DNA of 63,759 nt, filler included. It is 7 parts of 7 records of this genome, joined end to end, with 100 filler letters (N's around TTAATTAATTAA, not from the genome) between each part and the next. Parts side by side here need not be neighbours in the genome. Positions count along the whole stretch, not along the records: positions 1 to 10,175 come from DRR723986_11254; positions 10,276 to 21,221 come from DRR723986_11262; 5 more parts are not named here. The stretch is one strand, 5' to 3'. The position numbers were made by a program, and so were the translations under genes. Shown here piece by piece: positions 7,185 to 17,047 of this stretch (position 1 is its first letter; each line of letters starts with the position of its first letter). A model generated the notes under the pieces. The model was not told the DNA's origin. It did not search any database and was given only the letters and a program-made list of their open reading frames with translations.

Positions 7185-9845
7185 CTATCTGCGGCGTTTC
7201 TCCAGGGCGCCGCGCCATTCTTTTAGAGTCTTTAGGTCCGTACGCAATTGCTCGGGCGTCGGCAATTCCGTTGGCAGCTCATATGATTGTGCGTGCACAA
7301 ATGTCGAATAACGCGACATCAGTCGCTCAATCAACTCGCAGTCGCGCGCCTCAATCACCGTCAGATGCAGCAATTTATCTTTAGTGACAATCGCCCGGCG
7401 GTGCCGCTGAACAACGTCGGCCAGCAAATCAAACTCCACCAATCGCTCTATCAGAATCCTGATTTGTGTGCAGATGTATTGCGCATGCGGCCTGAAAGCC
7501 TCAAAACCTTCAGCCTTCCACAGTTTTTCAGCTTCGTCTATCAGGCTGAAAATTGGCCCGAACAGGCGTTTGGTGCCACGCGTGGCCAGCGGAATGACTC
7601 CCGGCTCACCTGCTCCCCAGGCTTCACGCCGAATCGCAACTTCGTGCAGCTCCAGCTCCGGATATTTACCCGCAAACTCATTGATTAACGACAGCAGTGA
7701 AATCCGGTGCGTAAACACGATCACCTGGCGTTCGCGTGCCAGCATTAGAAGCCGGTCCACCACGGCAGCCTCAAAGCTGGTATCCAGCGAGGAAATCGGA
7801 TCGTCAAAAACAAAGGTCGAGCGGTCGTCACGGCCGCGAACATCCGCCAGAAAGGCGGCGAGTTCAACCATGCGCTGTTCACCCTCGCTCAAAACTTCGT
7901 CGAGCGCCACGCCGCTCTGGGCATTGCGCAGCTGCATCTGCCAGGCCACGCGGCCTTTTTTAACACCTTTGCGCGCCATTTCCACGCGAATGTGATCGGC
8001 ACGCAGAAAACTTAGCTCCTCGTTAAATCGCTCCACAAATTTTGCCTGGACCAATGCATCAAAAAGTTCGCCCTTTTTGCGCGAAAGCTCGCCGGTGCGG
8101 CACAGCTTGCGCGCTTTGCGGTAGCGCTCCTGGCGGCGCAGACTTTTCAGGCCCTGTATGATAGTCTCGCGGCGCGCATGCACCCAAATCTGAGCGTCTA
8201 TTTCCCCCAGTTTTTGCAGCAGCCTCTCATCTTCAGCTTCCGCTTCTCCGACTCCACTTGCCTGCATGGTCTGCTCATAGGCCTCTATCGAATTGCGCAG
8301 CGTTTTGATGTAGGCCCTGATGTTCGCCGCCGCCTGCGACTGAGCTTCAACAGTGGAGCGCTCAAAATCGCGCGCCCGTATCAGTGCTGTCAGTGCGCGC
8401 AGACTCTCCAGGAAATCGCCCAATTCGAGCGTAATCGCGCGCCGCAGATTCCCATCATCAATGTTGGCCAGCAACTTCAACAACTCGCGCTCGCTGCTGT
8501 CCAGCACCAGACTGAAACCGGCCAGATGTTCTTCAAGCTTATTTTCGGCCTGTTCTGCAGCCTTGCGCGCGGCAGAATGCATAAATTCGTCAAAGTCGCG
8601 CATGCGCTGTGCGGCAGCATTGCTCAACTCCTGGCGGCATAACACACATCTGCTGCCGGGTGCAGCATGCGGAAAATCTGCTGCGGGGTACATTTCTGTC
8701 TGCGAAAAATTGCGTGCCGCCAGCCACAAATTGCGCCATGCATCTGAGCCAAGATGTTCCAATGCCGGTTCCGGCGGCGCTGCTTCCGCGTCCGCCACTG
8801 TATTTTGATCGCTCTTGTAAGTGCCCAGCCGCATCAGAAGTGCAGCAGTGTTAAGAGCCTCTTTGCTTGCGTTAAAGCAACGCACAAGCTCAGCAATTTT
8901 GTTAAAGTTTGCAGCGCTGAATTGCTGCTGAATTTTTGTCAGCTCCTGCTGCATTCTGTCGCGCGCACTTGCGCCGGCCAAACGCGCAATCAAGTTGACA
9001 ATATTTTTGCCGGCTGCCTTGGACTGCAGGGCGGCACTCCTGCGCAGTGCGTCCAGATCCAGGCTTGCCAGCTTGTGTAGCGGTTCTTCGTCGCTGGCAT
9101 AGTTAAGTGTGTTGTACCATTTACCGATTGCAGCGCCGGAGTCTGTAAGGCCCATCTCTTCCGGTTCCCACGCATCGTCGGCGATTTTTTGATCAAATGC
9201 AGCCGCAAGTTGGTCACCGAGTTCTGTTAATGCTGTAAACATTTGCAGCAGGCGCGGCTCGTGGCTAATTTTCTCGGAACTGCGCAGGTAGGCTTTGCCG
9301 CAGCTGCTATCAAAAACATCAATGCTGCTCAAGGCCGGAATCACGCCGTCGGATTCTGTCCACTTAACATCTTGCGCCGCACCGTCCACGGTATAACGCA
9401 CTTCACAATATGGTGAAACCAGAGATTCGGCATCGGACTTAAACACATTTGCATGTAACTGTCCCTGATGTTTAGCGCCGCACAAGTGTTTAAGAATGCG
9501 CACATAACCGGACTTGCCGGCTCCATTGTGCCCATACACGGTTGTTAGGTTGGCAGCGGTTTTGGGACTGCTGAATTCGAGTGCGCGGCGCGGCGCCAGC
9601 GCATTTATTGCCCTTATATTATCGATTGCCTCCAGGCGCACTGCCTGCGTGCCAGGCTGCAGGAGCGCGTGCTTTGACACTTCTGTCTGGTGGTCCTCTA
9701 TTTCCGCATTCGCCTCCTGTTCGCAGAGAAGCGCCAGCGAGTTGATGTCTTCATCCCTGATTTCGCCTTTTTCGAGCAAGATGTTTAAGGCTGCACGTAT
9801 CCATAGCGGGCGCGCCTGCAGCCATTCCAGAATGTCACTCGTCAT
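7185..9845 (-). CDS. RloC-like Rad50/SMC-type ABC ATPase (AAA_13-like) with zinc hook and putative C-terminal HEPN domain
   Basis: Walker A GHNGAGKS (9510-9533), central CVLC (8637-8648), signature LSEGEQR, Walker B/D-loop FVFDDPISSLD, H-loop VIVFTH. C-terminal ERLVE and RYSTFVH. ATG at 9845 preferred over the ORF-track start at 9878. Confidence 0.8.
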   Translation of the reverse strand: MTSDILEWLQARPLWIRAALNILLEKGEIRDEDINSLALLCEQEANAEIEDHQTEVSKHALLQPGTQAVRLEAIDNIRAINALAPRRALEFSSPKTAANLTTVYGHNGAGKSGYVRILKHLCGAKHQGQLHANVFKSDAESLVSPYCEVRYTVDGAAQDVKWTESDGVIPALSSIDVFDSSCGKAYLRSSEKISHEPRLLQMFTALTELGDQLAAAFDQKIADDAWEPEEMGLTDSGAAIGKWYNTLNYASDEEPLHKLASLDLDALRRSAALQSKAAGKNIVNLIARLAGASARDRMQQELTKIQQQFSAANFNKIAELVRCFNASKEALNTAALLMRLGTYKSDQNTVADAEAAPPEPALEHLGSDAWRNLWLAARNFSQTEMYPAADFPHAAPGSRCVLCRQELSNAAAQRMRDFDEFMHSAARKAAEQAENKLEEHLAGFSLVLDSSERELLKLLANIDDGNLRRAITLELGDFLESLRALTALIRARDFERSTVEAQSQAAANIRAYIKTLRNSIEAYEQTMQASGVGEAEAEDERLLQKLGEIDAQIWVHARRETIIQGLKSLRRQERYRKARKLCRTGELSRKKGELFDALVQAKFVERFNEELSFLRADHIRVEMARKGVKKGRVAWQMQLRNAQSGVALDEVLSEGEQRMVELAAFLADVRGRDDRSTFVFDDPISSLDTSFEAAVVDRLLMLARERQVIVFTHRISLLSLINEFAGKYPELELHEVAIRREAWGAGEPGVIPLATRGTKRLFGPIFSLIDEAEKLWKAEGFEAFRPHAQYICTQIRILIERLVEFDLLADVVQRHRRAIVTKDKLLHLTVIEARDCELIERLMSRYSTFVHAQSYELPTELPTPEQLRTDLKTLKEWRGALEKRRR

Positions 9846-10175
9846 AGTACAGCACCTATTTGCTGAAGTGTTTAACACGACTGTGCGGCCGTCGCAAACA
9901 GCACACTACACAGTTTAAGCCGAATCCAGGTACACAACAGAGTCAGCAATCAAATTTCTGCGCACCACCAGCAGCATACAAGCGGAAGTTTTGCATTTGC
10001 GGTCTGCACAGCAAAACAATAATACATTACAGTTGCCACAGTGCCAACCGCTTAAATCAGTTTGACTTTTGGCGTCAAGCATTGGAATTCACTACCTGCG
10101 CGAATGTTTTCAGTAGCAGGCCTTGCCTTCACCTGCGCTCTGACATGAACTCAGAGTGCTTCGCCCCATTACATG

Positions 10176-10275
10176 NNNNNNNNNNNNNNNNNNNNNNNNN
10201 NNNNNNNNNNNNNNNNNNNTTAATTAATTAANNNNNNNNNNNNNNNNNNNNNNNNNNNNNNNNNNNNNNNNNNNN
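10176..10275. other. Artificial contig spacer
   Basis: N44-TTAATTAATTAA-N44, with stops in all six frames. Confidence 0.98.
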
Positions 10276-10277
10276 CC

Positions 10278-10424
10278 TATCAGATGGTCAAAGACCTGCG
10301 CACCAGCTTTGAAACCAGCGACACCCAAGGCGTGTTAGATGGCGATCTGGATGGGTTTATGGCGGCCACTTTGGCGCTGAAAGTGGCAGGCAAAAGCCGC
10401 GCCGAGGCGCAGGGCGCAGATTAA
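10278..10424 (+). CDS. prfB: Peptide chain release factor 2, 3' end only
   Basis: Hand translation [48 protein letters not shown] matches the RF2 C-terminal motif. Absent from the ORF track. Confidence 0.9.
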   Translation, partial: YQMVKDLRTSFETSDTQGVLDGDLDGFMAATLALKVAGKSRAEAQGAD

Positions 10425-10439
10425 GCCCTGCGCGCGCCG

Positions 10440-12908
10440 CTATTGCGCGGGCACCAGCCGCGTTAGCCCCACCGGGGCTGCGCGCGCCAAATCCAGATCA
10501 AGCGACATCGGAATATATTCCCCCCGGCGCCACAGCTCGCCCAGATCGTCGTAATGGCGCGACAAAGGGTGCCCCGATTGCCCGGTTGAGACAATAAACA
10601 CCGAGCTGTCAGGATCGGTGAAATCGTAAACCCCCCGATAGCCTGCCGCGTGCACGTTCAAAAACGGGTTCTCGCCCCGGCCCAGGGTTTTGCCACGCAT
10701 CAAGGTGTTATCCCCGCCACTGGTGCTTTGGCGAATGTTCACGATGCTTTTTATAAACGGCACTTTGCCCAGAACCGGGTGGTCATGGGTGGCTTGGTGG
10801 GCATCGCCCCACCGCAGCGCCTCGATGCTGCCGCCATAGGTTTCATCCAGCCAGATAATCGCCTCGTCCAGCGCCTGGCGGGCGATATCGGCACAGGTTT
10901 CGCGCGGGGCGCTTTGGATGACGTCGCACCAAATGCCCGCCCCATCGACATCACGGAACACCCGTTCGATGAACAGCGGTTCGATATGGTCAAACTCTTG
11001 CGCCAGCGTGCCCAATTCATCCTGGATCAAGCGGCGCTGCAAGTGGCGCACCCAGGCCATATAGATCAATGGCTCTGGCAGGTGTTCATTCATCTCGCCG
11101 TTCCATTCGGCCAGCAATTGCAGGGCGATCTGGCGTTGGCGGTCGGGCGTGCCCTGGGGGGCCGGGGTGCCGGTAAACCACAATTCGGCGCCAATCAGCG
11201 GCAACAGGCTGCGCGCTGTGGGCGATACCGTATCCAGCTGCGCCTCGATGAAACTGTCGCGGGTGTGCACCTGGCGCGATTGCATCAGGCGCTGCCAGCG
11301 CTGCACGCGCTGGCTGTCGCCCCAGTCAAAGGACACATGCAGAGGAAAGGGGCGCTCGACCGTTTTGTTATTCGTATTGCCCAAGATCCCGCCGATGGGG
11401 TTCATGAATTCGGGGTTGGCGCTGGCGGGAAACAGCCCCTGCCAGCGGTTTTGCGGCAACCAGCCGGGGGCCGGCATGCGGCCTTGGGTTTGGTGGGCGG
11501 CATCGCGGCGGGGCATGGCGCCAATGGTGCGCATGGCAATTTGCACCCCATCCACCACCGTCAGGTTTTGCGCGGGCGCAATGTAAAGCGCGCTGCCCTC
11601 TAGCGCGTCTTGCACGGTTTTGGCCTGCATCAGGCGCAGCCCCGCGCTCATCGAGGTGTCGGCGGGGCTTAGCGCGGTCCAGCTTAGGCTGGCGACATGG
11701 CCCTTTGGGGTGATTTCGGCCAAATCAAAATCGCGGCCCGGCAAGATGGGGCCGTTTTCCGACCAGCGCAGCGTTAGCGTGACGGGCGCATGATCTTTGA
11801 TTTCCACAATGCTTGGGCGCGTGGAAAACCGTTTGTAGCCCTCGGGTGTTAGGTATTCCTCGGGGTTTTCCGGGTTCAGCTGCTCTAGCAGCACATCCTG
11901 ATCATCCATATAGGCCGAGGTCAGCCCCCAGCCCAGATCGGCACTGCGCCCCGATAAAACCAGCGGCATACCGGGAATTGTGCCGCCGATCACCCCACCG
12001 CTGGCCAGCTCTAGCCGCGCCAAATACCAGATGCTTGGGGCCGACAGGCCCAGATGCGGGTCGTTGGCCAACAACGTGCCCCCCGCCGCCGATCGCTGCG
12101 GTGCCGCGGCCCAGGCATTCGAGGCCGATGCCATGCCGCGTGGGGGCACGGGCCACAAAAACGGCCGTTCTTTGGGCGTATCGGCCGCATAGGCCGTGGC
12201 GCCCTGGGGCAAAAGGCTGGAATAGGCGGGCAGGGCGCCCACCCCGCTGCCGGGGGCATCGGGCAAGATATCGGCCAGGCGGCGCGCATCGGGCAGCAGC
12301 ATCGACAGGCGCGCGCGCAGCACCTCGGTTTGCAGATGGTCAGACAGTTGCAGCGCCATCACTTTCAAAATGGCCAAACTATCGGCAGGCGTCCAGGGCG
12401 CCACGGGCACATCGAAAATAAACATCTCGGGCGCACCACGGCCCAAGGCCTGTTTGTTGATCTGCACCAAGCGGGCATTCACCCCGGCTGCATAGGCGTT
12501 GAGCATGGCGATCGTGGCGCTGTCTTGCGCAGCCACAGATTGCTGGGCCAAATTATACAGATCCAGGCGGCGCAGCAGTTTGTCGGTTTCAACCGTGCGC
12601 AGGCCGAACACCTCGGATAACCGCCCCTGCGCGGTGCGGCGCATCACCACCATTTGCCACAGCCGATCTTGGGCATGGGCATAGCCCAGGCCAAAAAACA
12701 CATCGCTGTCAGATTGGCCCAAAATATGCGGCACATTGGCCGTATCGCGCAGAATTTCGACCGGGGCGTTGATGCCTGCCACGGTTTCGGTGGCGTCATA
12801 ATCGGGCAGCGAGCGGGCCGATAGGTAATAGACCGCCAAGACCGTAAAGATCAGCAGCAACAAAATGCCGCCCGCGATACGCACCAGCCATTTGAAAATT
12901 AGCGACAT
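10440..12908 (-). CDS. Penicillin acylase family Ntn-hydrolase (peptidase S45) with N-terminal membrane anchor
   Basis: GLGYAHAQDRLWQM, beta-chain start S-N-A-W, LLANDPHL, GQSGHPLSRHYDD. Confidence 0.9.
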   Translation of the reverse strand: MSLIFKWLVRIAGGILLLLIFTVLAVYYLSARSLPDYDATETVAGINAPVEILRDTANVPHILGQSDSDVFFGLGYAHAQDRLWQMVVMRRTAQGRLSEVFGLRTVETDKLLRRLDLYNLAQQSVAAQDSATIAMLNAYAAGVNARLVQINKQALGRGAPEMFIFDVPVAPWTPADSLAILKVMALQLSDHLQTEVLRARLSMLLPDARRLADILPDAPGSGVGALPAYSSLLPQGATAYAADTPKERPFLWPVPPRGMASASNAWAAAPQRSAAGGTLLANDPHLGLSAPSIWYLARLELASGGVIGGTIPGMPLVLSGRSADLGWGLTSAYMDDQDVLLEQLNPENPEEYLTPEGYKRFSTRPSIVEIKDHAPVTLTLRWSENGPILPGRDFDLAEITPKGHVASLSWTALSPADTSMSAGLRLMQAKTVQDALEGSALYIAPAQNLTVVDGVQIAMRTIGAMPRRDAAHQTQGRMPAPGWLPQNRWQGLFPASANPEFMNPIGGILGNTNNKTVERPFPLHVSFDWGDSQRVQRWQRLMQSRQVHTRDSFIEAQLDTVSPTARSLLPLIGAELWFTGTPAPQGTPDRQRQIALQLLAEWNGEMNEHLPEPLIYMAWVRHLQRRLIQDELGTLAQEFDHIEPLFIERVFRDVDGAGIWCDVIQSAPRETCADIARQALDEAIIWLDETYGGSIEALRWGDAHQATHDHPVLGKVPFIKSIVNIRQSTSGGDNTLMRGKTLGRGENPFLNVHAAGYRGVYDFTDPDSSVFIVSTGQSGHPLSRHYDDLGELWRRGEYIPMSLDLDLARAAPVGLTRLVPAQ

Positions 12909-12992
12909 TACAAACCTATCCGCTTCACTCTTGCCTTTGCCGCATTAGCTAGACACAAACCAAGAGGAACACAAATAGCAAGGGAGTGGATC

Positions 12993-13865
12993 ATGGCAAA
13001 AGTGGCATTTCTGGGGTTGGGCGTAATGGGCTACCCCATGGCGGGGCATTTGCAAAAAGCCGGCCACACGGTGTGCGTCTATAACCGCACCGCAGCCAAG
13101 GCCGAGAAATGGGTGGCCGAGCATGGCGGCACCATGGGCCACACACCGGCCGAGGCCGCCGCAGGGGCCGAGATTGTTTTCGCCTGTGTCGGCAATGATG
13201 ATGATCTGCGCGCCGTTGTGCTGGGCGAACAGGGCGCGCTGGCTGGTATGGACGAGGGCGCGCTTTTTGTCGATCACACCACCGTATCGGCCAAAGTCAC
13301 AGCCGAGCTTTACGCCGCCGCCAAAGCGCAAGGGAAAGGCTTTGTTGATGCCCCGGTTTCGGGCGGGCAGGCGGGCGCTGAAAATGGCGTTTTGTCGATC
13401 ATGTGCGGCGGTGATCTGGCCGATTACACCCGGGCCGAGCCGGTAATGGCGGCCTATGGGCGCACGGTGAAACGCCTGGGCGAAAGCGGCGCGGGCCAGC
13501 TGACCAAGATGGTTAACCAGATCTGCATTGCAGGGCTGGTGCAGGGCCTGGCCGAGGGGCTGAATTTTGCCCAAGCCGCAGGTCTTGATGGCAAAGCCGT
13601 GGTCGAGGTAATCCAGGGCGGCGCTGCGGGCAGCTGGCAGATGGCCAACCGCCATGCCACCATGCTGGATGATGTCTTTGATTACGGGTTTGCGGTGGAT
13701 TGGATGCGCAAAGATCTGGGGATCTGTCTGCAAACCGGCAACGAGATTGGCGCCGCCTTGCCGGTGACAGCGCTGGTGGATCAGTTTTACAAAGATGTGC
13801 AGCGCATGGGGGGCGGGCGCTGGGATACATCGTCGCTGATCAAGCGCCTCAACGCGGCAGATTAA
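12993..13865 (+). CDS. NAD(P)-dependent oxidoreductase, 3-hydroxyisobutyrate dehydrogenase family
   Basis: FLGLGVMGYPMA, VDAPVSGGQAGA, GQLTKMVNQ. RBS GGAG upstream. Confidence 0.9.
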   Translation: MAKVAFLGLGVMGYPMAGHLQKAGHTVCVYNRTAAKAEKWVAEHGGTMGHTPAEAAAGAEIVFACVGNDDDLRAVVLGEQGALAGMDEGALFVDHTTVSAKVTAELYAAAKAQGKGFVDAPVSGGQAGAENGVLSIMCGGDLADYTRAEPVMAAYGRTVKRLGESGAGQLTKMVNQICIAGLVQGLAEGLNFAQAAGLDGKAVVEVIQGGAAGSWQMANRHATMLDDVFDYGFAVDWMRKDLGICLQTGNEIGAALPVTALVDQFYKDVQRMGGGRWDTSSLIKRLNAAD

Positions 13866-13899
13866 GCGCCTCATTGGCGCGGCGATTGCGCCAAAACAG

Positions 13900-14140
13900 T
13901 TGACAAACGCGCGTCTAGGGCCCATGTGGCCCTAGACCGCCACCCTTTGCCGCGTGAGCAATAGCGCAGATCACTGCGCCAGGGCGGTGGCATGTTTCCC
14001 AAAATCACGCGTGGGGATCAGCGCTGAAACGGCCGTCGAGCAATCAGGCCCGCAGGCCGCGTGTTCAGTGCAACCACGATGATAGGCCCTTGGGCCAATG
14101 CCGGGCTACGCATGGGGCGTGGCCGGCGAAAGGATATGAT
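13900..14140 (+). promoter_or_regulatory. Putative sigma70 promoter and structured 5' leader of the DEAD-box helicase
   Basis: TTGACA at 13900-13905. Several nested helices are visible (see findings). Confidence 0.5.
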
Positions 14141-15478
14141 TTGACTGAATATTTCGAACGCTTGGGCCTTCCTGCCGGGTTGATTGCCCGCCTGGCCGAG
14201 CAAGGTATTTCCGAACCCACACCCATTCAGGCCCGCGCCATTCCCGTAGCGCTAGAGGGGCGCGATGTGATGGGCCTGGCCCAAACGGGCACCGGTAAAA
14301 CCAACGCATTTGGCCTGCCCTTGGTGGCCCAGCTGATGGCCGCGCGCGATGGCCGGCCCGAAGCCAAAATGGTGCGCAGCCTTATTCTGGCGCCCACCCG
14401 CGAGCTGGCCAAACAAATTCAAGACCAGCTGTTGTTGCTGGTCAAAGGCAGCCCCATCAAGGTGGCCTTGGTTGTGGGGGGCGCCAGCCTGAACGCCCAG
14501 GCGCAACGTTTGGCACGCGGCACCGATATTTTGGTGGCCACGCCGGGGCGCTTGATGGATTTGCTAGAACGGCGCGCGCTGCGGCTGGATCAAACCGGCT
14601 TTTTGGTGCTGGACGAGGCCGACCAGATGCTGGATCTGGGCTTTATCCACACGCTGCGCAAGATTGCCAGCATCATCCCCAAAGACCGCCAGACCATGCT
14701 GTTTTCGGCCACGATGCCCAAGCAGATGGAAGAAATTGCCGCCTCTTATCTGGTCAACCCCCAGCGCATTCAGGTGAACCCGCCGGGCAAGGCCGCCGAC
14801 AAGATCACCCAAGAGGTGCATTACATCGCCAAGGCTGCGAAATTCGATCTGCTGGTGGAATTGCTAGACAAACACCGCGACGAGCTGGCGCTGGTGTTTG
14901 GGCGTACCAAACATGGCATGGAAAAGCTGTCCAAACAGCTGGCCGCCAAAGGTTTTGCCGTGGCCTCGATCCATGGCAACAAAACCCAAGGCCAACGCCA
15001 GCGCGCGCTGGATGCGTTCAAGACCGGCGCGGTCAAGGTGCTGGTGGCCACCGATGTGGCGGCCCGTGGCTTGGATATTCCCGATGTGAAACACGTCTAT
15101 AACTTCGAGCTGCCCAATGTGCCCGAAAACTATGTGCACCGTATCGGGCGCACCGCGCGCGCAGGGCGCGATGGTTGCGCGATTGCCTTTTGCGCACCCG
15201 ATGAGATGGGCGAATTGAAAGACATCCAAAAGGTGATGAAAATCACCATCCCCACCGCCTCGGGCACCCCTTGGGAAGGGGCGCCTGCGGGTGGCTCGGG
15301 CGGCGGTGGCCGCGCACGCGGGCCCCAGGGCCCCAAAGGCGGCGGGCGCCCTGCTGGCGGCCATCCCGGCGCGGGCAAACCGGCGGGCAAAAAGCCCGGT
15401 GGGTTTCGCCGCCGCAGCGGTGGTGGCGGCGGTGGTGGCGGCAGGCCCAAGGCCGGCCGCAGCGGGCAAGCTGCCTAA
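14141..15478 (+). CDS. DEAD-box RNA helicase (RhlE-like) with Gly/Arg-rich C-terminal tail
   Basis: Q-motif PTPIQ, AQTGTGKT, PTREL, TPGRL, DEAD, SAT, ARGLD, HRIGRTAR. TTG start at 14141 follows AAAGGA. Confidence 0.92.
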   Translation: MTEYFERLGLPAGLIARLAEQGISEPTPIQARAIPVALEGRDVMGLAQTGTGKTNAFGLPLVAQLMAARDGRPEAKMVRSLILAPTRELAKQIQDQLLLLVKGSPIKVALVVGGASLNAQAQRLARGTDILVATPGRLMDLLERRALRLDQTGFLVLDEADQMLDLGFIHTLRKIASIIPKDRQTMLFSATMPKQMEEIAASYLVNPQRIQVNPPGKAADKITQEVHYIAKAAKFDLLVELLDKHRDELALVFGRTKHGMEKLSKQLAAKGFAVASIHGNKTQGQRQRALDAFKTGAVKVLVATDVAARGLDIPDVKHVYNFELPNVPENYVHRIGRTARAGRDGCAIAFCAPDEMGELKDIQKVMKITIPTASGTPWEGAPAGGSGGGGRARGPQGPKGGGRPAGGHPGAGKPAGKKPGGFRRRSGGGGGGGGRPKAGRSGQAA

Positions 15479-15486
15479 GGCGCAAA

Positions 15487-15513
15487 GAAAAGGGGCCGAA
15501 AGGCCCCTTTTTC
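15487..15513. terminator. Bidirectional intrinsic terminator between the helicase and trpE
   Basis: AAAAGGGGCC-GAAA-GGCCCCTTTT between convergent genes. Confidence 0.85.
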
Positions 15514-15514
15514 A

Positions 15515-17026
15515 TTAGTAATTTCCGCTTTCGGTAAACCTATGCGCATCGGCTGCTGCGCGGCGGATGGCGTTGGATTTATGCACCGTTTCCATATATT
15601 CCGCCTGTGGATCGCTGTCATAGACCACCCCGCCACCGGCCTGAATATAAAGCGTGTGATCCTTCACAATGGCGGTGCGCAGCGCGATGCACATATCCAT
15701 ATCGCCATTGGCGCTGAAGTAGCCCACGCCACCGCCATAAACGCCGCGCTTTTCTGGCTCTAGCTCGTCGATGATTTCCATTGCCCGCACTTTGGGCGCG
15801 CCGCTGACTGTGCCCGCGGGCATGCCGGCAAAAAACGCGCTGAGCGCATCTTGGTCTTCGGCCAATTCGCCCACCACATTCGAGACGATATGCATCACAT
15901 GGCTGTAGCGCTCGATGATGAATTGCTCGGTCGGGCGCACGGTGCCAATCTTGGCCACACGGCCCACATCATTGCGCCCCAGATCCAACAACATCAGATG
16001 TTCGGCCAGCTCTTTTTTATCGGCCAGCAAATCCTGCTCTAGCGCCTTGTCTTCGGCCTCGGTGGCGCCACGGGGGCGGGTGCCTGCGATGGGGCGAATG
16101 GTGATTTCGCGCCCAAAGACGCGCACCAGAATTTCCGGGCTGGCCCCGATCACCTGAAAGCCGCCAAAGTTGAAATAGAACATAAACGGCGATGGGTTGG
16201 TGCGGCGCAAGCTACGATAGAGCGTAAAGGGCGGCAGGGGGAAATCTTGGGCCCAGCGCTGGCTGGGCACCACCTGAAAGATATCGCCGGCGCGGATATA
16301 GTTCTTGGCGGTTTCTACTGCTTGTTTATAGCCCTCTTCGGTGAAATTCGAGCGCGGCGGGGCGCTGTCGCGGGCCTCGCCCATGGCGCGGGTGGATTGG
16401 GGCAGGGCGCGTTCCAGATCGCGCAGCGCGTCCATCACCCGCTCGGCCGCCTGGGCATAGGCTGCGCGGGCCGATTGCCCCTCGGCCACCCAAGCGGGGC
16501 TGACGATGGTAACCTCGCCCTTCACACCATCCAGCACCGCCACCACCGTGGGGCGCAGCATCAAGGCATCGGGCAGGCCCAGCGGATCGGCCGGAATATT
16601 GGGCAGGCGTTCCACCAGGCGGATCATGTCATAGCCCAGATAACCAAAAAGCCCGGCACTGGCGGCAGGCAGGCCATCGGGCAGGATGATGCGGCTTTCG
16701 GCAATGAGCGCGCGCAGGTTTTCCAGCGGGTGGCCAGGCTGGGCTGCGAAATTATCCGGGTCAAAGCGGGCGTTGCGGTTTAAATGGCTGGTTTCGCCGT
16801 GGCATTTCCACACCAAATCGGGCTTGAGCCCGATAATCGAATAGCGCCCGCGCACCTCGCCGCCGGTGACGGATTCCAGCATAAAGGCATCTTTGGCCGC
16901 GCCCGCCAGTTTCAACATCAGCGAAACGGGCGTATCCAGATCAGCCGCCAAACGCGCATAGACAACCTGGTTTTCGCCCTTGTCATAGGCGGTTGCGAAC
17001 TGGGCAAAGCTGGGTGTCAGATCCAA
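15515..17026 (-). CDS. trpE: Anthranilate synthase component I
   Basis: LESVTGGEVRGRYS, GDIFQVVPSQR, ASPEIL, AEHLMLLDLGRND, GTVSGAPKVRAM. Confidence 0.96.
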   Translation of the reverse strand: MDLTPSFAQFATAYDKGENQVVYARLAADLDTPVSLMLKLAGAAKDAFMLESVTGGEVRGRYSIIGLKPDLVWKCHGETSHLNRNARFDPDNFAAQPGHPLENLRALIAESRIILPDGLPAASAGLFGYLGYDMIRLVERLPNIPADPLGLPDALMLRPTVVAVLDGVKGEVTIVSPAWVAEGQSARAAYAQAAERVMDALRDLERALPQSTRAMGEARDSAPPRSNFTEEGYKQAVETAKNYIRAGDIFQVVPSQRWAQDFPLPPFTLYRSLRRTNPSPFMFYFNFGGFQVIGASPEILVRVFGREITIRPIAGTRPRGATEAEDKALEQDLLADKKELAEHLMLLDLGRNDVGRVAKIGTVRPTEQFIIERYSHVMHIVSNVVGELAEDQDALSAFFAGMPAGTVSGAPKVRAMEIIDELEPEKRGVYGGGVGYFSANGDMDMCIALRTAIVKDHTLYIQAGGGVVYDSDPQAEYMETVHKSNAIRRAAADAHRFTESGNY

Positions 17027-17047
17027 TTTAGGTGCTTTCGGTAGAGA

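Noticed and set aside
10062..10159. TTGAC-N7-GTCAA and the hairpin GCGCTCTGA/TCAGAGTGC upstream of the RloC-like gene
   Set aside because: Both are short and single, with no recognisable regulator, and the context is cut off by the contig end.
15290..15478. GGC/GGT repeat runs at the helicase 3' end
   Set aside because: They encode the usual Gly/Arg-rich disordered tail of RhlE-type helicases and are not a separate DNA element.
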